Below are positions 1 through 8,469 of a stretch of DNA of 64,000 bases, in pieces. The notes under the pieces were generated by a model, which worked only from the letters and a program-made list of their open reading frames with translations, made no database searches and was not told where the DNA came from. The stretch's first letter is position 1; each line of letters starts with the position of its first letter. The position numbers were made by a program, and so were the translations under genes. Source of the DNA: Sedimentisphaerales bacterium (lineage in GTDB: Bacteria > Planctomycetota > Phycisphaerae > Sedimentisphaerales > Anaerobacaceae); assembly GCA_963708075.1 (NCBI GenBank), contig OY970194.1:3104001-3168000 (forward strand). The letters run 5' to 3'.

Positions 1-1
1 C

Positions 2-1801
2 AACGGCGGCACAATCCCCGACTGGTTCGAACAGTATCCCTGGCGCCGGAGCCTGATCGTTCTGGATCGCAGGACCGGCGTGGAAGTGGCCTTCGATCTG
101 GACAATGACGGGCTTACGGATGCGGCGCCGATGCTGTGGGGCTGGACGCATGGCGGGACGTGCTATCCCCCGCTGGTGAGCGGCCACGACGGCGTGATCT
201 ACTTTCGCAGTATGAGTCACGCCACGGGCGGCGGGATCCCGGGCGCGGTGATGGTCGGCTGGAAATACGGCACGCCGTTCCTGAGCCTGCCGGTTTCGAA
301 CATGTCGGGACAGAGCGGCTTCTGGCCCGGCGATGAGCCCGTGGGGATCTCCGCCGGCGGAAGCTATGTCTATTGGAACCTGTGCAACGACCGGTTTTTG
401 GGCAGCGCGGATTTGTCGATCGCAAACACAGCGTTTCCGGAAACCGACGGCAGGCGGCAGTGGCGGCACATGAGCGGCGATGGGCTCAAGTCCACCACCC
501 TGCCCGCCGGCTACAACAGCCAGGTCTCCCAGTATCTTTGGAGCGTGGGTCCCGCGACCATCAAGCCCATGTATTGGGCTCACGGCGATAACGTCGGACC
601 TACAATCTACAATGGCAAAATGTACGTGCACCGCGGCAATGCGATCGTCGCTTTCGGTCCCAACGGGCTGGGCGGCGGCGCCCCGGTGTTACCGGTGGCG
701 CGCATCCGTCCCGGAGGGATAGCGCCCGAACCCCTGTCCGAAACGGTCCTTCGAGAGCGGCTGGCGGCGGAGGTCAGGAAGATTCTGGACCAGGGACATT
801 TGATGGCGGGCTTTGCCAAGATCGGGCTCATCGATTTTATGGCGGTGAACCGGTTGGGCGATTACCTGCTCCATTACTGGCACAATCCGGCGGATATGCT
901 TCTCACGTTGTCACGGGCCTTGCCTTATCTGCCGCCGGAGATGCAGGACCCGGTGCGTCAGTATCTTCGGGATGAATACGCCGCCTTTGCTCCTTACAAG
1001 TACACGCACATCGGGTTCACCGAGGGAGCGCCGCGAGAGCCTTTCAATTATCCGCCCTCCACGCCGAGGATCTTCGAGCACGATTCCGGGCCTCTCACAG
1101 GCAGTTCTTTTCCCGGCTGGGGCAAACCGCCTCACAGTGTTTATGCGATGTGGAAATACGCACAGGCGGGTCTGGCCGAGCCCGCCACGGTCTTCGAGCA
1201 AGCCTCGGGCCTGATCGGTTCCACGCCATCCGATAGCTATCTCCAGGCGTTTCCGCACGTCCACAACGCCTACATTGCAGGCTACGTCGGCTACGTGGAA
1301 CTGGCCAGGATGGCCGGCCGGCCCTATGCCACCCAACAGCAGGAGTTGGATCGGCTGCTCCAACTGCGAGTCCAGACGTTCCGATGGGATGTGCAGGCGA
1401 ACACCGGCACTGCGCAGAGCGATCAATATTTCTATACCCTCATTACGGCCTGGAATTTCATGTATCTGGTCCCGGAATTGGCGGATTACCTGCGTCAGAA
1501 CGCCCTTGTGAAGGTCCAGGACGCTATCGATCGCTACACTCACATGGCGCCCTATTGGATGGTCGGACATAACGAAGAAGTGCAGCACGAGAATGGCATC
1601 ACCCCGCTCCACCAGACCCACGCACTGTTTCAGGCCAAGGCCCAGATTCTTCAAGCGTCCCGCGACGAATTAGCCAAGGTCCTGGACACGCCCGTGGTCC
1701 CCGCAGGTGATCTGTTTCATCTCCAGAATCTCATTGCCACTCTCGAAGCCTCGCCGGCGAGTTCAGACGGCGAGGAGGGTCTGCAGGCCAAAATAAAGTA
1801 A
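2..1801 (+). CDS. Large hypothetical protein, 5'-truncated (possible beta-propeller region followed by a helical domain)
   Basis: The frame is open from position 2 (NGGTIPDWFEQYPWRRSLIVLDRRTG...) through the 573 aa ORF to TAA at 1801. The GPTIYNGKMYVHRGNAIVAF segment resembles a propeller blade. Confidence 0.75.
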   Translation, partial: NGGTIPDWFEQYPWRRSLIVLDRRTGVEVAFDLDNDGLTDAAPMLWGWTHGGTCYPPLVSGHDGVIYFRSMSHATGGGIPGAVMVGWKYGTPFLSLPVSNMSGQSGFWPGDEPVGISAGGSYVYWNLCNDRFLGSADLSIANTAFPETDGRRQWRHMSGDGLKSTTLPAGYNSQVSQYLWSVGPATIKPMYWAHGDNVGPTIYNGKMYVHRGNAIVAFGPNGLGGGAPVLPVARIRPGGIAPEPLSETVLRERLAAEVRKILDQGHLMAGFAKIGLIDFMAVNRLGDYLLHYWHNPADMLLTLSRALPYLPPEMQDPVRQYLRDEYAAFAPYKYTHIGFTEGAPREPFNYPPSTPRIFEHDSGPLTGSSFPGWGKPPHSVYAMWKYAQAGLAEPATVFEQASGLIGSTPSDSYLQAFPHVHNAYIAGYVGYVELARMAGRPYATQQQELDRLLQLRVQTFRWDVQANTGTAQSDQYFYTLITAWNFMYLVPELADYLRQNALVKVQDAIDRYTHMAPYWMVGHNEEVQHENGITPLHQTHALFQAKAQILQASRDELAKVLDTPVVPAGDLFHLQNLIATLEASPASSDGEEGLQAKIK

Positions 1802-1906
1802 TTCCTGTTGCTGCATGTGGGCGCGTAGGTGTCTTGACGATTCAACTCGCATGGGAATTCCGGCGATGCTTTACTTGTTTCGTCGGCGTCGTCCCGTTCT
1901 GCTATC

Positions 1907-1935
1907 GGCCGCATGGGCTGAAGTCCATCCTACGC
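1907..1935 (-). repeat. GTAG-type REP palindrome, copy 1
   Basis: The minus strand reads GTAG-GATGGACT-TC-AGCCCAT. Near-identical copies are at 2122-2162 and 2869-2909. Confidence 0.75.
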
Positions 1936-2010
1936 GTCTGCGTTTGCGCCATTTGGACTTCGGTCGTTAGGGCTTGTTTCGGATTTCGAGTTTCGTGCTT
2001 CTGCGGCGTT

Positions 2011-2162
2011 GGGGGTCAGCCCTTAGGTTAGAGTTTAGCGGGGATTTGTGAAAGAAGGCGTCAATCCACAAATCTCTGTGTTCATCGGTTTACTTATTTC
2101 CGAGGACTGACCCCTTGATTCCCCCCTGCCTTGGGCCGCATGGGCTGAAGCCCATCCTACGC
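2011..2162. repeat. Composite repeat copy A: 40-nt unit, MITE-like 12-bp inverted ends (2012-2023/2103-2114) and a GTAG REP
   Basis: 2011-2050 matches 2731-2770 at 36/40 and 2122-2162 matches 2869-2909 at 39/41. GGGGTCAGCCCT and AGGACTGACCCC form an 11/12 inverted repeat. Confidence 0.8.
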
Positions 2163-2213
2163 ACTCACCTCTCTGGGTCGAGATGTGCCATGGGATCGGC
2201 TTGGCTGTTTGCC

Positions 2214-2585
2214 TTATTTGGGGCGTTTGAGCCAGTACGCGTAGTGATACGATCCTGAAAATCCCGGCGCATCGTCGTGGTGCACGACTTGGATGAGTTC
2301 CCAACTCTGGTGGCCAAGGTGATCGAGGAACGCTATTTGGAGGAAGTTCTTGCCAGTATCCGCTGGAAAGTCTCTCGGCAAACCCATTTGCTGGATGAAT
2401 GCCGGTGCCGTGTCGCCCCACACGAGTTGCCCCTCGTGGTTCCACCGAAAGCCGTCAGAGCCGGTAGAAAAGACTCCATACTGCCATTGGGTAGCCGGAC
2501 GGGGACTGGGATTCGCTCCGATCAAGAGTCCGAGCGAGAGCAGCATTCCGACGGTGCATGCGCCGATGAGCACTTTGCCTTTCAT
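2214..2585 (-). CDS. Small exported protein, DUF4177-like
   Basis: ATG at 2585 with GAAGGGG upstream. N-terminal hydrophobic signal, plus WQY...LDHLGHQSWELIQV...YWLKRPK resembling the DUF4177 pattern. Confidence 0.7.
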   Translation of the reverse strand: MKGKVLIGACTVGMLLSLGLLIGANPSPRPATQWQYGVFSTGSDGFRWNHEGQLVWGDTAPAFIQQMGLPRDFPADTGKNFLQIAFLDHLGHQSWELIQVVHHDDAPGFSGSYHYAYWLKRPK

Positions 2586-2730
2586 TGTTGACCCCTTCAC
2601 AGGCTGTTCCTCATGTCTTTGGCTCCAACCTTCAATTGTATCTCCGATCCATCTATTATATATAAGGCGCAAAACGGCCGGTGGGCAACAGATTTGCCCT
2701 TGCATTTCATGAGGCGAAGGAGTCGGTGGC

Positions 2731-2946
2731 GGGGATCAGCCCTTAGGTTAGAATCTAGCGGGGATTTGCGGAGGAAGGGGCGTTTGGGGCCTGGCCGTGA
2801 GAACGCCTGACGGCGTCACTACGAACATCGCAAACCGGCGGCCTCGTTCATTGTTGCAGACACCGTCGCCCCCTGCCTTGGACCACATGGGCTGAAGCCC
2901 ATCCTACGCGCTCTTATCCTTGGCGGTCTTGGCGTCTTTGCGCGAG
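2731..2946. repeat. Composite repeat copy B with additional REP-like units
   Basis: Direct repeat of 2011-2050 and 2122-2162. It also carries ACGCCTGACGGCGTCACTACGAAC (2803-2826, a GTAG hairpin on the minus strand) and CTTGGCGGTCTTGGCGTCTTTGCGCGAG. Confidence 0.75.
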
Positions 2947-3008
2947 ACATAAGGGGTCAACAGGCCGTGGTTGCGGCTTCTTTCATTGGGGCTTCGGGTT
3001 TCCCGGGG

Positions 3009-3686
3009 TTAGTCGGCCGGGAGGAGGTAGATGTTGCGGAACTCGATGAGGCCGCCTTCGCTCTGTAGGCCGATCCAGCCGCTACTCGGCTTGGCTTTCG
3101 TGCCCTCGTTCTGCAGGATGCCGTTGACGAAGCAGCGAATCTTGCCTTTCTTGCAGTGAATCTCATAGACGTTCCACTGTCCGGCGGGTTTCTCGCCGAT
3201 CGGCGATTTCTTCTCGATGGCGACAAACTGCTTACTGGGGTCCTGCCGGTCGATCCCGTTGACGGTCAGGCCCGCGCCGTTCATGAGGACGAAATCCCCG
3301 GCGTTGCCGGCTTTCAACTGGCACTCGATGCAGGTGGGCCAGAGCTGATCCGGCCCGCTCATATGCAGCAGCACGCCGCTATTGGCGGTCTGCTCGGGCC
3401 ACCGCCACTCGACGTGCAGGCGGTAGTTCTTGTACCGGTTCTCGGTGCGCATGTAGCCATCGGGTTTTCCCGAGCAGCGAATGACATGATTCCGGATGCG
3501 CCATACGTCGTTGACGTCCACTGTCGGATCGGCAACGTAGCGATACCAGCCCGTGAAATCCGTGCCATTCCAGAGCATCACCTTTTCGTCAGGTGACGTG
3601 GTCCCAGTCGTGCTGCGACAGCCCGCCAGAGCCAATAAAGATGTGATCGCAACCAGCCACCCGATCCTGCTCACCGCTCGCACCAT
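3009..3686 (-). CDS. DUF1080 (3-keto-disaccharide hydrolase-like) lipoprotein
   Basis: AAGGAGG RBS before ATG 3686, lipobox LALAGC, and motifs LWNGTDFTGW, NSGV, IECQL, GQWN, GWIGLQSEG..IEFRNI. Confidence 0.9.
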   Translation of the reverse strand: MVRAVSRIGWLVAITSLLALAGCRSTTGTTSPDEKVMLWNGTDFTGWYRYVADPTVDVNDVWRIRNHVIRCSGKPDGYMRTENRYKNYRLHVEWRWPEQTANSGVLLHMSGPDQLWPTCIECQLKAGNAGDFVLMNGAGLTVNGIDRQDPSKQFVAIEKKSPIGEKPAGQWNVYEIHCKKGKIRCFVNGILQNEGTKAKPSSGWIGLQSEGGLIEFRNIYLLPAD

Positions 3687-3702
3687 GATTCCAGCCTCCT
3701 TT

Positions 3703-3796
3703 AAGATCAAAGATCAAAATGCAAAGGTCAAAATTGCGGAGTCGCCTTCGGCGATGCTCTTTCATGTTTGATTCTTGACTTTTGGTTCTTGATCTT
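3703..3796. repeat. 7-nt-periodic inverted-repeat element with central TCGCCTTCGGCGA hairpin, copy 1
   Basis: AAGATCA AAGATCA AAATGCA AAGGTCA ... TTTGATT CTTGACT TTTGGTT CTTGATC. A related copy is at 4219-4290. Confidence 0.8.
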
Positions 3797-3835
3797 CTTA
3801 CCGCATCGGCGGGGCCTGAGTCAACTTGAAAAACG

Positions 3836-4212
3836 CTACGGACATCGCTTGCATGCCTCCTGCCATTTCTTCTCCGCGTCGGGATCTCGTTTTCGGGCAG
3901 GGATGACCCGGCGGATGACCTTGGCCCATCTGCTGTTGGGCCGGGCCTGCGCCACGCCAGGAGCCTGTCTCGCAGGGGAGTTCTCTTTCGGACGCGCATG
4001 ACCCGGCAGATCACCCTGGCCCCCCTGCTGTTGGGCCGAGCCTGGGCCCACGCCAAGAGCTTGTCCCGCAGCAGGATACGCAGGCCGAGCAGCTCCAGGC
4101 CAACCAGGGCCAGCCATGACCCGGGTGTCAACGGCGTCAGGAGCGCAAGAAGGCCCATGAGGATCAGGATGACCCCAACGGTGTACCTCAGAATCTTCTT
4201 TATCGAGATCAT
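3836..4212 (-). CDS. Small membrane protein (PGPGW-like) with a duplicated basic 32-aa motif; one apparent frameshift near 3953
   Basis: Two hydrophobic segments flank LTPLTPGSW. The motif LRD[KR]LLAWAQARPNSR occurs twice, and the second copy lacks one G relative to the first. Confidence 0.7.
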
Positions 4213-4218
4213 TTCATC

Positions 4219-4290
4219 GATCAAAGATCAAGACTGTGGAATCGCCTTCGGCTTTCATTTTTGACTTTTGATTTTTGATTCTTGATTTTC
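4219..4290. repeat. 7-nt-periodic element, copy 2, overlapping the pepF 3' end
   Basis: GATCAAAGATCAAG...TCGCCTTCGGC...TTTGACT TTTGATT TTTGATT CTTGATT. It encodes the ENQESKIKSQK* tail of PepF. Confidence 0.8.
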
Positions 4291-6165
4291 CTTGAGGATT
4301 GATTCGATTTCATCCATGGTGCGATTCATCGCGGCCATGGTCTTGCGGAACGGCTCCGGTGTCGTCATGTCCACTCCAGCCTTCTTCAGGATCTCGATCG
4401 GGTAGTCCGACCCGCCGGCAGAGACGAAATCGAGATACCGTTGAGCAGCGTCCGGCTTGCCGCTGAGGACCTCCTCCGCAAGAGCCGTTGCCGCGGTGAA
4501 GGACGTGGAGTACTGGTACACGTAGAAATTGTAATAGAAGTGCGGGATGTAGGCCCATTCGACGGCGTACAGGTCATCGATCCGGCAGATGCCCTTATCG
4601 TGCCCGTAGTACTGCCTGAGAATCCCGCCGTAGAGCTTCGGTGAACGTGTCGCCCGTCAGCGGCTCGCCCCGCTCGGCCTTCTCGTGGATTCGCAGCTCG
4701 AACTCGGCAAACTGCGTCTGCCGGAACACCGTGCCCCGGATTCCGTCGAGGTAGTTCATCAGCAGCGACAATCTCACGTCGTCGTCCTTGATCTCGTTGA
4801 GCATCTTGTGGATGAGGAGCGCCTCGTTGAAGGTCGAGGCAACCTCAGCCACGAACGTCGGATAGTCCGCCAGCGGGTACGGCTGGCGCCTTGTTCGCGT
4901 AGTAGCTGTGCAGCGCGTGACCCATCTCATGGGCCAGCGTGCTGACGTCGTCGTACTGGCCGTTGTAGTTCAGCAGAACGTACGGATGCACGTCGTACGC
5001 GCTGCCGTTGGAGTAGGCGCCGGAGCGCTTGCCCGGCGTCGGATACACGTCGATCCATCGCTGCTCGAAGGCCTTCTCCGCCGCCGAACGGTACTCGGGA
5101 CCGAGCGGCTGGAGCGCGTCCAGATACAGCTTTTTGGCCTCCTCGAACGTGTACTTGAGGTCCAAACCCTTCACGACAGGGGCATAAATGTCCGAGTACT
5201 TCAGCGTGTCCACACCCAACATGCGCTTCCGGAGTTGGAGATAGCGATGGAACGTGTCCATATTGTCATGCACGTTCGAAATGAGCTTGTGATAGACCTC
5301 TGTTGGGATGTTGTTCCTGTCCAGGGCCCGGTGCAGACAGGACTCGTAGTTCTTCGTTCTGGCGTAGAAAACGTGCGTCTGCAGGTGGGAATAGAGTTGT
5401 ACGCCGAAGGTCTGCCTGAACTTATTGATCGCGGACCAGAACGCCTGAAAGACGGCCTCACGATCCGCCCGGTTCGGCGAGGCGCGGTGCAGTGCGTACC
5501 CGGCTTTGTTGAGGACAGCCTTGGCGCCGTCGCTCAGAGTGATCTCGGGGTACGGCATCTCCGCGTTGCTGAAGACCGTGTAGACGGAGCCGGGGCCGTC
5601 CGCCATCTGCCCGGTCCGGGCGACGATCTTCTCCTCCTCCTGCGAGAGGGTATGAGCTTTGCTGCGGAGGATGTCGAACAGGTACAGACGATAAACCTGC
5701 AGGTCCGGCTCGGCGGCAAGGAACGCCTCCATCTTCGTCTTATCGAGCGTGACGAGCTCCGGCTCGATGAATGACGCCCGCGTGCTGTACTCCGTAACGA
5801 GCAGCTCGATCTCCTGCTTCATCGCCAGGTACGTCGCGTTGCGGGTATCCTCGTCGGATTTCATCGACGCATAGCTGTGCAGCCGGCCAATCTCCTTGGA
5901 GATATCGCTGTTAAGCCTCAGACAGCCGAGCAATTGCGCAGACCGACTGTGTCAGCGTTCCCCTGTACTGCAGGATCTGATCGAGCCGGCCCGCGAGATC
6001 GCTCTTGGCCTGTTTCCACGCCTGATCGGAGGCATATAAGTCCTCCAGACGCCACAGCTCATCGGCCGGAACTTCGGCGCGCTGACGCATCTGACCTTTA
6101 CCATCCGTTGCGAACAAAGAGATTCCCATCACCATTGAAGCACCCAGCACCCATAATCGCGTCAT
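4255..6165 (-). CDS. pepF: Oligoendopeptidase F (M3B) with signal peptide; three apparent frameshifts (~5942, ~4885, ~4638)
   Basis: Consecutive frames give WRLEDLY, RWIDVYPTPGKRSGAYS, HPYVLLNY, TLAHEMGH (HEXXH), FVAEVAS, FRQTQFAEFE and WAYIPHFYYNFYVYQY. Confidence 0.9.
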
Positions 6166-6370
6166 TCCGTTTCCTCATCTGCCATTCGATACATCCATCG
6201 CAGTCGCCCCAACCCTACTACTATAGACATCCGGCCATCGTAAGGTTCGGCCGTTCACGGCGTCAAGGCATATGCCGGCCAATCTGTCATCGTGTGTGAA
6301 CTGCTTTCGCGGCATGATCGCCCCACGACTCCAGCCACATAAGACGGCGCCGACAATATCGCTGCTTGTG

Positions 6371-6468
6371 ATGGGTGGCAGCGACAAGCGGAGTCTTCGG
6401 AGCTTGCCGATGGCGTGCAGATGCAGACGCGAGCCATCGGCAAACCGGCGCTTGCCGCTGCCACCCAT
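6371..6468. repeat. Inverted REP doublet (REPIN-like ~100-nt hairpin)
   Basis: ATGGGTGGCAGCGACAAGCG pairs with CGCTTGCCGCTGCCACCCAT (19/20), and the inner TTGCCGATGGC/GCCATCGGCAA is perfect. Further family copies are at 37985-38017 and 55846-55862. Confidence 0.85.
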
Positions 6469-6520
6469 ATCTACATGATCAGGGTAACCGGAGCACCAGG
6501 GTGTGTGTTCAGCCCATGGT

Positions 6521-7063
6521 TCACTGTCTGCCTCGCGGTTTGGCCGCGGCTTTCGTCCGCCAGTAACGCTTTCCCTGGAGGAAGGCGGCGGTGCCGTGGC
6601 GTTTGATCTTATTCAGGTTGCGGATGTTGGCGTCGCCGTGACCGGGCCTGAGGAAGGCGAGCTTCGTGCAGGTCTTGAACGTGTCGCACTGCCAGCAGCC
6701 GTCGAATCCCTTGTCCTGATTGCACATGCGGATCTCGCAAAGCGGCGGCCCGCCGTTGCCCCGACAGGCCTTCTTGCAGCGCATCTTCGGCAACGTCTCC
6801 AGCACGGCACAGCATTGCGGGAAACCTTTGAAGGCCTTGAAGAACGGGATCTTTGAAAGGGCCTTCGCCAGGTCCGCAAACCGTTCACGCTCGAGTTCCT
6901 TGCGCAAGTCCCGGGCCAGATTGGCGATCGTTCCCTTGTAGCCGGAGCAATCGCCGCAATACAGGCCGCAGTACGAAATCAGTTTCTCCCCATCGCTCAT
7001 AACGCCCCTATCCTCGGCCGAATTCCCGCGCGCCGATTTCCGTTTCTTCGTTTTCACCGCCAT
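6521..7063 (-). CDS. DUF3795-type cysteine-rich protein
   Basis: GGAGG RBS before ATG 7063. Motifs YCGLYCGDC, CKKACR, CEIRMC, GCWQCDTFKTCTKL. Confidence 0.85.
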   Translation of the reverse strand: MAVKTKKRKSARGNSAEDRGVMSDGEKLISYCGLYCGDCSGYKGTIANLARDLRKELERERFADLAKALSKIPFFKAFKGFPQCCAVLETLPKMRCKKACRGNGGPPLCEIRMCNQDKGFDGCWQCDTFKTCTKLAFLRPGHGDANIRNLNKIKRHGTAAFLQGKRYWRTKAAAKPRGRQ

Positions 7064-7257
7064 CTCTCGACCTCCATGTACAGGTAGAGCACACGCAAAT
7101 TGAATCCAGGAGCCACGATGATGCGTCCCGAACATACGTACATCATGGTAAACGCGTCGGGGATTGATTGCAAGCCCGCGAGTGCTGCTGTGGGGAACAT
7201 CTCCCTTTGTCACGCTGAACGCATGCAAGATGATGCATACGCGGGCGCCACGCTCAC

Positions 7258-8236
7258 CTATACCTTCGCTCCGGCGAACTGCCTGGTGTACGCGGCGTTC
7301 TCGGCAATCTGATCCTGATAGCGCGGATACATGCCGACGATCACACCGTCGGTGGACTTGAGATGTTCGAACGCGAACTTGAATGCCTCCTGCACCGACT
7401 GCTTGTCACTGCACCTGCGACCGGCGGCAAGGATCTTGTACCCCAGGCAGGGCTGGCTGATCTGCCGGGCTACCGCGGTCATCGTCGCCGGATCGGAGGC
7501 GAAGAACGAGTAACCGATCTGGAGCGTGGCGACGGGCGGCATCTTCGCCATCTCCTCCTCTGATCTCGTAAGGTGGTAGAAGCAGGTCATGAAGAAATCG
7601 ACCTCCCAGCCCTCATCGGCGATCCGCTTGACGCAGTCCGGATTATGGGCCGAGAACCCCGGCCAGCACGCCCGCATCGTGCACACGCTTCACGAAGTCC
7701 TGGACTTGCCGGCTTTTGCCTTGCCCAAACAGCCGGTCGGTGACCCCGCCATGATGGACGATGGCGATGGGCTGAGTATCCCGGATCACCTGCTCAATCG
7801 CACCGCTCGGCGCCTCGCTGGAATGGAGGCAGATGAACTTCATCTTCGATCCCCGCTCTCGCAGGGTTCGAGTGACGCCGGTCATCAGCTCCGGATTGCT
7901 GAACTGGTGGGTATTGATGCCCGCGCGCTCGCAGTTCCCAAGGAGTTCGACGACCCGCTCGGGAGTGAAGTACTCCCGCATCTGCCGGTCCATGATGGGA
8001 CCCAGGTAGGAATATCCGCTGATGGGATTTGAGCCCACGATCAGCCGGCTGACCTGATGCTCGCCTAATCGAATCATCGGCAGCGGCACCTCGGGGGAAT
8101 CAGGGGCTGTCGGCGGAGTCTCCCGTGCCCGCGATATCCCGCCGCCGGCCAGGGCCGATCCGGCTACACCCAGCGAAAACTGTGAGAGGAACTCCCTGCG
8201 AGAGGTCGCTCTTGCGTCGTGCTCATCCGAGTGCAT
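7258..8236 (-). CDS. Tat-exported aldo/keto reductase-like protein; apparent frameshift near 7655
   Basis: Twin-arginine signal SRREFL, then LPMIRLGEHQVSRLIVGSNP and, after the shift, SAHNP...YKILAAGR...VGMYP. Confidence 0.75.
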
Positions 8237-8319
8237 ATCAGACTCCTCAGCCAGTCCCGGGACACCGTTTTCTCAAAGCACCCCGTGTCATTGTAGGCCC
8301 AGACTGGCCGGAGTCCAGA

Positions 8320-8362
8320 GAAAATGCCGAGGCCCACGCCTTGCACAGGCATGGGCCTCGGT
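8320..8362 (-). terminator. Probable intrinsic terminator downstream of the LamG array
   Basis: The minus strand reads ACCGAGGCCCATGCCT-loop-AGGCGTGGGCCTCGGC followed by ATTTT. Confidence 0.6.
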
Positions 8363-8469
8363 TCTGAATATGCTTGCCGGTGGAGGTGCACCGTTTCGCA
8401 CCTCCCCAGTCCCGGACACCGCCTCATCACGATAAAACAGCAATCAGGCGATCGCCCGGCATCGTTGAC

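Noticed and set aside
1907..2946. CRISPR array
   Set aside because: Only 2-3 copies with irregular spacing of hundreds of bp, a gene in between, REP-like hairpins and no cas genes.
4255..6165. pepF and the other frameshifted genes as true pseudogenes or programmed frameshifts
   Set aside because: Family motifs are intact across the joined frames, no slippery heptamers were seen, and the breaks cluster on two short motifs. Sequencing error is more parsimonious.
8251..8421. Short direct repeat CCAGTCCCGG(G)ACACCG at 8251 and 8406
   Set aside because: Only ~16 nt and two copies with no supporting context. It could be a repeat remnant but cannot be assigned.
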